Source: Candidatus Poribacteria bacterium
Lineage (GTDB): Bacteria > Poribacteria > WGA-4E > WGA-3G
NCBI GenBank assembly: GCA_965200395.1
Contig: CBDAUH010000002.1
Coordinates: 244,091-308,090 of the forward strand
Direction: 5' to 3'
DNA length: 64,000 nt
The notes under the pieces are model-generated. The model was not told the DNA's origin. It was given only the letters and a program-made list of their open reading frames with translations, and did not search any database. Made by a program: the position numbers and the translations under genes. Positions 8,958 through 16,995 of this stretch are shown here, one piece after another. Position 1 is the first letter of the stretch. Every line of letters begins with the position of its first letter.

Positions 8958-11708
8958 TTACTTTCGTATCAACATTTTACGTGTAGCATTGAAATCGCCT
9001 GCGGTGAGTGCATAAAAATAGATGCCAGTTGCGATGTGTTCACCCTGCGCGTTTTTGCCATCCCAATAGGCAGCACGATGCCGAGCTTCATAAATCCCCG
9101 CAGGTTGCTCTCCTAACGCTAAAGTTCGGACCAACCTGCCATCCACCGCATAGATGTGTATCGTTACTTCTGTAGACTGCGCTAAGCGATAGGGTATCCA
9201 TGTCTCAGGATTAGATGGGTTCGGATAGTTTGCCAGAAGTGCCGTCTTTTTGGGCAACAGAGTAGCAAGCAGTTGTTCAAGCATCGCAATACCTCGCTGG
9301 AAGATTGCGGTTTTGTTTTCCAATTGCTTTGCTTCGTCAATCCAGCGTTGTAGATTTGCTGCTGTCAAAATAACTGTGGGAGCTGTGGGTTCCGTTGCTA
9401 AGGCTGCCATGACCAATGCTAAATCCTCAGCATTGACGATGCCATCACCGTTTATATCTGTATTTGGTATTGCGTCATCTGGTGGGGTTGTGCCGATAGT
9501 CGCAGCGACTAAGACAAGGTCTTCGACATCGACAACACCATCTCTGTTCACATCTTCCGCTATTTGTGTTCCATGCTCTATACCGATAGCAGAAAAAACC
9601 GCCCAGGATTCGATGCCTTTTCCGGTAGCACGGACGGTATTCCTTCCGGGTGTCCATCCTAGTATTAAGTGAGCTTGTGCTCTACCCTGAGCGTTAGTTG
9701 TGGCGGTTGAAGAGGTGAGTTGTCCGCTACCGGTTTCCACAGTAAAGGTGATCAGTACGTTTTTCATGGGCTCACCACTGGCATCTTGTGCCGTCACAAC
9801 GAAGGGAGCTGGAAGGACTGATCCTACAAAGTCTTCCTGGTTATTTCCAGAGACTGTGTAGAGTGCTGGATGGGCTGCATCATTATACTCTATTTTAATT
9901 CCTTTCGCCAGCATAGCAGGGATATGGGTGTTAATAGAAACGTAGCTCAGCGGATTATTCCAAAGCCTCAGCCCGCTACGCCACATTGTTCCTATAAGGT
10001 TTAACGCTAACAGAGGCGATACATCTGAAATGTTGTTGCTGTTAAGCTCCAGCTGAGTTAGGTTCGTCAATGCTGATAGCACAGATATATCTGATATGTT
10101 ATTGTCATCAAGATCCAACCAAGTCAGGTTTTTCAACTCTGGTAGCATAGATATATCTGATATGTTATTGTCGCCAAGCCCTAGCGAGATTAGGTTTGTT
10201 AATCCTGACAGCATAGATATGTCTGATATGTTATTGCTGCTGAGATACAGCTGAGTCAGGTTTGTCAATCCCGATAGCACGGATATATCTGATATGTTAT
10301 CACCCTCAAGATATAGGTAAGTCAGGTTTGTCAATCCTGATAGCACGGATATATCTGATATGTTATTACCGCCAAGATATAGGTAAGTCAGGTTTGTCAA
10401 TCCTGATAGCACGGATATATTTGATATGTCATTGCCATAAAGCTGCAGCCGAATCAATTGTGTCAACTCTGATAGCGCGGACACATCTGAAATGTTGTTG
10501 TCGGAAAGAGATAGGATTTCCAGTTGTTTCAACGTGGACAATGCGGACACATCTGAAATGTTGTTGCTGTCCAGAGTTAACCAAGCTAGGTTGGGAGCAT
10601 GTTCAAGACCGGTGAGGTTCGTTATTCTGCTCTTGGAAGCATTTAGGACATACAAGTTCAGCATAGTGTGCGTTGTGATACTTCCAATCTGTTCTTGCAC
10701 TGCTGCTGCTAAATTTATATCTGGAATTGAAATAGCCTCGGCAGGCGGTAGTAGATCAGTGACATCAATAGGAAAGCTCTGTACTGTCCCCTGTCCATGC
10801 ACGTCAAAAACGACAAGATATACAGTCTCAGTTTTTGTTGTTAAGGCATTTGTGACAAATTCGACGGTGGCACTTGTACGCCCGTTTAATGCTTTACAAC
10901 CGGTCAAAGCTCCTCTACGGAATCTATTAATATTCGAAGTGGGTATGAAAAGCTGTACCTGATGGAATCCGTCTGGATCGGTTATTCTAAAGCGAAGACG
11001 GATAGTGTTTGGTGGGGAGACGAGGCTTGGCGGCAGCATCTCGATAGTTGACGGTTCTGATCGTTCGTTGACGTGGTTTACGTTAGCATTGAAGTAGCGA
11101 TGAACATCTAAAAATTCAGCGGCACATGCAGACAGCTGTGATTGACCAGGTCCGTAAGACATGATATAGCGACCATGTCGGAAATCGTGCCTCAATCCGA
11201 AGGTATGTCCGAGTTCATGGGCAATGAGCTGCCAGTACCATTGGTAAATATATGCGCGACCACTGAATCTATTTCCTGTACCTTGCCCACCCGCATCGAA
11301 TGGAAGTTTCTCCTGTCCATGGGTATCTATCATATAGACAATGATACGTCGTTTGGGAAAGTCAATCTGTTCAGCAGTCTCTTCCTCCCAGTCAAAGTTG
11401 TCTAGGTAACGTGTGTATGGGGATTTTCCAACGACATGATGGACGATGGTGTTTCCGTGTGCGTCGGTTTCAATTTGGAAGGTTTTTCTGCCGTATCCTT
11501 GTCGTTCCATTTCATCGGCGAAGAAGAGTTGTGCTTTTTTGACGAGTGCCTCGATTTCTGCGTCTACGCCGGCGCGGGGTTCCGTATCACTTGCGCGAAA
11601 GTAGACGAGATGAACCATCGGTCGCGCATCTTGTGCCTGTGCGACATGTGTTATGAAAAGCAGTGGAATGAAACATGCAAGTCCAATTGAAAATAGTTTT
11701 CTATTCAT
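8958..11708 (-). CDS. secreted multidomain protein: signal peptide, metzincin zinc-protease (HExxHxxGxxHD), leucine-rich repeats, Ig-like domain, two dockerin-like Ca-binding repeats, T9SS C-terminal sorting domain
   Basis: Signal peptide MNRKLFSIGLACFIPLLFITHVAQA. Metzincin motif HELGHTFGLRHD. About 9 LRRs of the NNISDISxLSGLTNLTxLxL type. Dockerin repeats DVNRDGVVDVEDL and DINGDGIVNAED. C-terminus NYPNPSNPETWIPYRL...GIYFYALTAGDFNATRKMLIRK is a typical Por secretion tail. Confidence 0.8.
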   Translation of the reverse strand: MNRKLFSIGLACFIPLLFITHVAQAQDARPMVHLVYFRASDTEPRAGVDAEIEALVKKAQLFFADEMERQGYGRKTFQIETDAHGNTIVHHVVGKSPYTRYLDNFDWEEETAEQIDFPKRRIIVYMIDTHGQEKLPFDAGGQGTGNRFSGRAYIYQWYWQLIAHELGHTFGLRHDFRHGRYIMSYGPGQSQLSACAAEFLDVHRYFNANVNHVNERSEPSTIEMLPPSLVSPPNTIRLRFRITDPDGFHQVQLFIPTSNINRFRRGALTGCKALNGRTSATVEFVTNALTTKTETVYLVVFDVHGQGTVQSFPIDVTDLLPPAEAISIPDINLAAAVQEQIGSITTHTMLNLYVLNASKSRITNLTGLEHAPNLAWLTLDSNNISDVSALSTLKQLEILSLSDNNISDVSALSELTQLIRLQLYGNDISNISVLSGLTNLTYLYLGGNNISDISVLSGLTNLTYLYLEGDNISDISVLSGLTNLTQLYLSSNNISDISMLSGLTNLISLGLGDNNISDISMLPELKNLTWLDLDDNNISDISVLSALTNLTQLELNSNNISDVSPLLALNLIGTMWRSGLRLWNNPLSYVSINTHIPAMLAKGIKIEYNDAAHPALYTVSGNNQEDFVGSVLPAPFVVTAQDASGEPMKNVLITFTVETGSGQLTSSTATTNAQGRAQAHLILGWTPGRNTVRATGKGIESWAVFSAIGIEHGTQIAEDVNRDGVVDVEDLVLVAATIGTTPPDDAIPNTDINGDGIVNAEDLALVMAALATEPTAPTVILTAANLQRWIDEAKQLENKTAIFQRGIAMLEQLLATLLPKKTALLANYPNPSNPETWIPYRLAQSTEVTIHIYAVDGRLVRTLALGEQPAGIYEARHRAAYWDGKNAQGEHIATGIYFYALTAGDFNATRKMLIRK
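10000..10620. repeat. intragenic near-perfect tandem DNA repeats of about 66 bp encoding the LRR units
   Basis: The unit GTCAGGTTTGTCAATCCTGATAGCACGGATATATCTGATATGTTATT... recurs about 9 times with few substitutions. Confidence 0.8.
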
Positions 11709-11739
11709 AAATACTTCTCCACATTTCCAGGTTGCGTCC

Positions 11740-12365
11740 CCGATGCACAACCTAGAAAGGTTGGTTGTCAGAATCGCGGATTTTCTCGGATTACGCGGAT
11801 TTTCGCGGATTTCCTCTGCCGTAGTCTGTTTTATTTTGTATACCGTTTACTTATTATTCGTGTCCCATGATGCACAACCTAGAAAGGTTGTGCTACAAAG
11901 AACGTTGTCCCCGCTGCAAAACCTGGAAAGGTTATGCTACAAAGAAGCAAAAATAAAAAGGAGACGCTTACAAAATCAAAAAAACTATAGCACAAAACAA
12001 TCCGCGTCAATCCGTGTAATCCGCGAAAATCCGTGATTCTGACATTTGTAGACGTTTACTTCTTGTTTGTGTCCCTTGATGCCCAACCTGGATGAAGATT
12101 AACTTACTAATTGGGTAATTTCTTGGAGAAGCCGGTACGGTTAGGAAGCTGTACCTACAGGGCCTGGAGAATATCGAATTGCCCAAATATTTTCTTAAAC
12201 TTCATAAAGGTTGTGCTACGAATATCCTTTGTATTTCGGATGCCGGACTCACGTAATTGTACGTCTTTGCTTCGTTATTCTAAGGCGGATTTCATAAGAT
12301 ACAAAATTCATAGATGTTTATGGAACTCACATTATGGTATAATTCATCCTTTTCATTGGGAAGCG
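11740..12365. repeat. non-coding repeat cluster: MITE family M2 with embedded palindromic R1 hairpins (GCACAACC-N6-GGTTGTGC), plus R2 fragments
   Basis: Repeated units gatgcacaacctagaaaggttgtgctacaaag, and aatccgcg motifs. Segment 12190-12340 matches 21548-21720 in reverse orientation. Confidence 0.7.
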
Positions 12366-12371
12366 ATTCTT

Positions 12372-13712
12372 TTAAAACGGCAATAATGGCAATAATAACG
12401 AACATAATTCGCGCAATATAGGAGCAATCTCGTTATCCGGTTCTAGTTCCATCGCTTTGTCAAAGTCATTAGTAGCACTACTGTATTTTTTTATAGCGAC
12501 CTGTGCAATTCCACGATAGATGTAAGCAAAAGTATGATCCGGATTGAGTTCTATCGCTTTATCGAAGTCAGCAATTCCATCATGAAAATCATATATTTCC
12601 CGGCAGCGGATTTTAGCCCTTCCACGATAGTAATAAGTATCAGGTAAATAAGAGTTAATCTCAAGTTCTATCGCTTTGTCAAAGTCAGTAACCGCATCAC
12701 CATATTTTCCCCATTCGACCTTCGTTTTTCCACGATAGTAGTAGGTAAGAGCATCAAGAGAAATCTCTATTGCTTTATCAAAGTCGGCAACTGCTGCCTC
12801 GTATTGACCGAGGCTATATTTTATAGCCCCACGACTGCGGTAAAGGCGTGCAGAAGGGCTGAATTCTATTGCTTTATCATAGTCGGCAACTGCTGCCTCG
12901 TATTGACCGAGGCTATATTTTGCAAACCCACGATTGTTGTAAAGGTTTGCAGAAGGGTTGAATTCTATTGCTTTATCATAGTCGGCAATTGCTGCCTCGT
13001 ATTGACCGAGGCTATATTTTGCAAACCCACGATCGTCGTAAAGGTCTGCAGAAGGGCTGAATTCTATTGCTTTATCATAGTCGGCAACTGCTGCCTCATA
13101 TTGAGACAATCCTCGTTTTGCATCTGCTCGTGAGATGTAAGCAGATGTATACTCCACGTTTATGCTAATTGCATAAGTGTAGTGGGTAATTGCATCCTCA
13201 TATTGCGACTTCCTACTATGATTCTGTCCTGCTTCAAAGAGGGCTTCCGCAATATTTTCTCCAGATATATTTTGTAGACAATTCCAAAATTGATCCCATG
13301 TAATTTTGTTAAACTTGTTTTTTCCCAAATTCTCATAAAATGCCCAATTATCAACGTTTGTGCTATCAGCATAAATTCCTAAAGGCGTATCAGTTGCACA
13401 AAGATATGACTTTAACTGGTTGATACCGTCCTCAACATATTCTAAACCTTCGCGTTTGCATTCGACAATGAAATCCAGTGAATCTACGCCGAGAACAATA
13501 TCAGATCTGCGTTTGTCTGATCCCATCTGAATTTCATATTCTGTTTCTATAAAAAAGTTGCGTAATATCGGTGAGAAGTAATTGATGACATTTTCTACTA
13601 CTTTTGCTTCATGTGGAGCATCTTGATGGCATTCAGGACACAATTTAAAGTCAGGTTCACGTGGCTGAGAATGTGCATGTTGGTGACAAAATACTTCGTT
13701 CAAGTTTTTCAT
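12372..13712 (-). CDS. fusion protein: N-terminal Zn-ribbon, HsdR-N-like PD-(D/E)XK nuclease domain, and about 7 C-terminal TPR repeats
   Basis: CHQHAH...CPECH. DIVLGVDSLDFIVECKREG...QLKSYL...LGIYADSTNVDNWAFY follows the HSDR_N pattern (D...ExK...Q..Y...G...W.FY). Repeated GQYEAAVADYDKAIEFSPSA TPR units. Confidence 0.6.
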   Translation of the reverse strand: MKNLNEVFCHQHAHSQPREPDFKLCPECHQDAPHEAKVVENVINYFSPILRNFFIETEYEIQMGSDKRRSDIVLGVDSLDFIVECKREGLEYVEDGINQLKSYLCATDTPLGIYADSTNVDNWAFYENLGKNKFNKITWDQFWNCLQNISGENIAEALFEAGQNHSRKSQYEDAITHYTYAISINVEYTSAYISRADAKRGLSQYEAAVADYDKAIEFSPSADLYDDRGFAKYSLGQYEAAIADYDKAIEFNPSANLYNNRGFAKYSLGQYEAAVADYDKAIEFSPSARLYRSRGAIKYSLGQYEAAVADFDKAIEISLDALTYYYRGKTKVEWGKYGDAVTDFDKAIELEINSYLPDTYYYRGRAKIRCREIYDFHDGIADFDKAIELNPDHTFAYIYRGIAQVAIKKYSSATNDFDKAMELEPDNEIAPILRELCSLLLPLLPF

Positions 13713-14250
13713 ATATGTTAGAGTCTACAATGATATTTTCTTGTTCAGGAGGTTTTGATTTATATTTTACAGAGTCTGCCATGACGAGGCAAAAAATGCA
13801 AGTGCAATACAGAGCTATTCAATTGTCGCGGACTTAGCGTCCTCCACAATTCTGACAAAGATAATCCGGGGAATGCCTAAGTGGCATTCATACCTTTGAT
13901 TTAGCGTAATCCGCGATTCAGAAAAGATCACGCAAGAAGACACAGAACTCTTAAAATCCGCGTAATCCGCGATTCAGACGAGTTCTTTGTAGCATAACCT
14001 TTCTATGTTGTGCCTCTTTGTAGCATAACCTTTCTATGTTGTGCTTTTCCAATCCTGAAAAAAATCAGCCACCCCTATCCTACGAAAAAACACCTCAAAA
14101 CAAAAAACTCTTAAAATCCGCGTAATCCGCGTAATCCGCGTAATCCGCGATTCTGACAAACAAAAATCCGCGTCCAAAATAGACTTTCGAATGCCTCTAT
14201 TGCTTACCTCACTTAGGTTGACAGGGAAGAAAGCTTTGCAGTTAGGTTTC
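13713..14250. repeat. composite repeat region: R2 element (aatccgcgt 9-bp tandem sub-repeats, palindrome GGAATGCCTAAGTGGCATTC) plus 2 R1 hairpins. The first ~290 bp recur as a direct repeat at 14793-15140
   Basis: 13716-13905 is near-identical to 14795-14985; 14101-14200 is near-identical to 15045-15140. Confidence 0.75.
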
Positions 14251-14264
14251 AACTTTAAAGATGA

Positions 14265-14594
14265 CTACCATTTTCGTATATTGAACTTTGTCCATTCATT
14301 TTCCCAATTTGGAGTATTTACAACAGACGCCAGAAAAAAATGGATCCCAGTAGATTCTTTTAATTTTGTGCAAATATTACCAATGTCTGCAAAGTCTCGG
14401 TTTGCATTTACATCTACTACTTTTACGTGCAGTACATCATGACATTGTTCAGATAGTACTTCAGCAGGTGGTGTAGATAATCGTTTAGATTCTTCCTCAT
14501 CATATTTCAAATAGGGATAGTCCTCTTTTAGAATATCCTTAAGTGCTTCTACAACTTCCTCATTTTGCCACAGTTTCATAAGTATCTCCTTCAT
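14265..14594 (-). CDS. hypothetical protein (109 aa) bracketed by the direct repeats
   Basis: ORF only; no motif. Confidence 0.3.
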   Translation of the reverse strand: MKEILMKLWQNEEVVEALKDILKEDYPYLKYDEEESKRLSTPPAEVLSEQCHDVLHVKVVDVNANRDFADIGNICTKLKESTGIHFFLASVVNTPNWENEWTKFNIRKW

Positions 14595-14792
14595 ATATCA
14601 TCTACTCAGAACTTTCAAAAAACCACTGTTCACAGTTATTATAAATACCGCTTCGCTATCCGCTGGATCGGGAGAAAAAGGCAATTTTAGACTTCACTAT
14701 AAAATCGATCTTTAATGTGCGACTCAATTTTCACTGACTTTCTGTTTTTTCTTTATTATTTGTAGATTTTCAGAATGCTAAGAATTTCATCT

Positions 14793-15140
14793 ATGTTAGA
14801 GTCTACAATGATATTTTCTTGTTCAGGAGGTTTTGATTTGTATTTTACAGAGTCTACCATGACGAGGCAAAAAATGCAAGTGCAATACAGAGCCATTCAA
14901 TTGTCGCGGACTTAGCGCCCTCCGCAATTCTGACAAAGATAATCCGGGGAATGCCTAAGTGGCATTCATACCTTTGATTTAGCGTAATCCGAGATTCAGA
15001 AACCACCCGGTCATCCCAATCCTACGAAAAGCACCTTGAAGCACCAACCCCCTAATCCGCGTAAATCCGCGTAATCCGTGTAATCCGCGATTCTGACAAA
15101 CAAAAATCCGCGTCCAAAAACGACTTTTGAATGCCTCTGG
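14793..15140. repeat. second copy of the R2-containing direct repeat (includes a degenerate copy of the TPR-gene 5' region)
   Basis: See 13713-14250. Confidence 0.7.
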
Positions 15141-15245
15141 GAGGATATAGGTGTGAATGATTGGTAGAGATGGTGTGAGTGATTGGTGAAGATGTTTGGT
15201 GCGGTCAGGAAACCGCACCGAGTATGATTGAATGGATATATGCTG

Positions 15246-16085
15246 TTACGTAGTATTATTCTCCAATGAATACGCACGATTTCCACCAGGACCACCGCCA
15301 ATCGCCCATGTCCCACGGAATAGGGATTGGCGTTTGGGGGGCATCGTCTCAATAACCTCATGGCTCAAGTTCAACCGATGCCACTGTGCCCAAATTGAGT
15401 TATAGCAATTGAAAACGGCACATCGCGGATTGTCAGGATTCGTCCAATCATTCGCAGCATGCACAAGACTCTCTGTGAAGATAACCACAGATCCGGGTGG
15501 GCAGCTATATTCATCCATCATCTCACGCATGCTGTCCTCCCAAGGGGATTCGCTGATATTCGGACGATATGGGTCAGGGCCACCGTAGTTGAAATGTGCC
15601 TTATGTGATCCGCTGAGAAAAGAGGTGCCGCCTTGTCCTTTTTTCACTTCCTCCAATTCCCACACAACGCGTGTTAACCCAGCAAAAATCTTTTCGCCAG
15701 CAACCTGGTACCGCATTGCGTTTGCCTGTTGCGGAGGTCGCACTACGTGAGGCAAACCATTATCACCTCGTGATGCCTTGCTCCAGCCAGGTTCTCGGAC
15801 AGTCGTAAAGGACCCTTCACACCGAAATCCGTAACAATCATCATGGACAAAAGGATTTTCGGACAGGATTTCGTTGAGAATCCCCACAATTGCAGGATGG
15901 TCAAGCAGGTTCTGAAGTGCTCCGTGATAACTTTGCCTTGCCCCTGCATACACTTCTGCTTTCATCTCTTCAATTTCCGTATCCGATAATATTGATGGCA
16001 ATAAAATCCAACCACGAAGATCAAAGAAAAACTTTTGTTCTGATGTCATCAGGACTGGTTCATCATTTAACGTTTCTTTTGACAT
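15246..16085 (-). CDS. phytanoyl-CoA dioxygenase (PhyH) family Fe(II)/2OG oxygenase, paralog 1
   Basis: About 75% identical to the adjacent paralog. Conserved ...HVVRPPQQANA...GGTSFLSGSHKAHF... Confidence 0.6.
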   Translation of the reverse strand: MSKETLNDEPVLMTSEQKFFFDLRGWILLPSILSDTEIEEMKAEVYAGARQSYHGALQNLLDHPAIVGILNEILSENPFVHDDCYGFRCEGSFTTVREPGWSKASRGDNGLPHVVRPPQQANAMRYQVAGEKIFAGLTRVVWELEEVKKGQGGTSFLSGSHKAHFNYGGPDPYRPNISESPWEDSMREMMDEYSCPPGSVVIFTESLVHAANDWTNPDNPRCAVFNCYNSIWAQWHRLNLSHEVIETMPPKRQSLFRGTWAIGGGPGGNRAYSLENNTT

Positions 16086-16099
16086 TTATATCTCCTTAA

Positions 16100-16960
16100 T
16101 TATCTGGTGTTATTATCCAATGAATACTGACGGTTTCCTCCGGGACCACCACCTATTGCCCAAGTTCCTCGGAATAAGGATTGGCGTTTTGGAGGCATCT
16201 TTTCTATTATTTCATGACTTAGATTCAACCGATACCATTGAGCCCATATTGAGTTGTAACAATTAAACACAGCACAACGCGGATTGTCAGGATTTGTCCA
16301 ATTATTGGTAGCATGAATTAGACTCTCAGTGAAAATTAATGCTGACCCAGGCGGACAACTATAGTCCTCCATCGTATCCTTTATCTTATCCTCCCAAGGT
16401 GATTCATGAATATTTGGACGGTTTGGATCCGGTCCACCATAGTTGAAATGTGCCTTATGTGAACCGGTGAGAAAAGTGGTGCCTCCTTGTCCTTTTTTCA
16501 CCTCTTCGAGTTCCCAAACGACGCGGGTAAGCCCAGCAAAAATTTTTCCGCCAGCAACCTGATACCGCACTGCATTTGCTTGTTGCGGGGGACGCACGAC
16601 ATGTGGAACAGCAGTGCCCCTGTCAGAATAAGTGCGCCAGCCGGGCTGCCTAACCGTAGTAAACGAGTTCTCACATCGAAAGCCGTAGCAATCATCAAAA
16701 ATAAAACGTTCATCCGCAACAATTTCGTTTAGAATTCCAACAACTGCAGGATGATCAAGTAAATTCTGAAGTGTTCCTTGATAACTATGTTTTGCACCTG
16801 CATACACTTCCGCTTTCATCTCTTCAATTTCTGAGTCCGATAGTACCGATGGTAATAAGATCCAACCGCGAAGATCGAAGAAGAACTTTTGTTCAGGAGT
16901 CATCAACTTCTCGCCTGGAGCCAATGGCATTGGATCGTTAGAATCACGTACTTCTCGCAT
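16100..16960 (-). CDS. phytanoyl-CoA dioxygenase (PhyH) family Fe(II)/2OG oxygenase, paralog 2
   Basis: Tandem duplicate of 15246-16085. Confidence 0.6.
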   Translation of the reverse strand: MREVRDSNDPMPLAPGEKLMTPEQKFFFDLRGWILLPSVLSDSEIEEMKAEVYAGAKHSYQGTLQNLLDHPAVVGILNEIVADERFIFDDCYGFRCENSFTTVRQPGWRTYSDRGTAVPHVVRPPQQANAVRYQVAGGKIFAGLTRVVWELEEVKKGQGGTTFLTGSHKAHFNYGGPDPNRPNIHESPWEDKIKDTMEDYSCPPGSALIFTESLIHATNNWTNPDNPRCAVFNCYNSIWAQWYRLNLSHEIIEKMPPKRQSLFRGTWAIGGGPGGNRQYSLDNNTR

Positions 16961-16995
16961 ACTTTTAAATCCTCAATAGTCAACGTAACCAAAAA

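Noticed and set aside
10262-10962. Plus-strand ORFs 10262-10615 and 10492-10962 antisense to the LRR gene
   Set aside because: Their repetitive, cysteine-rich translations derive from the 66-bp DNA repeats. The minus-strand multidomain gene explains the region.
11653-12386. ORFs 11653-12036 and 12111-12386 in the intergenic repeat cluster
   Set aside because: They lie entirely over the MITE/R1/R2 repeats and have low-complexity translations. They are most likely spurious.
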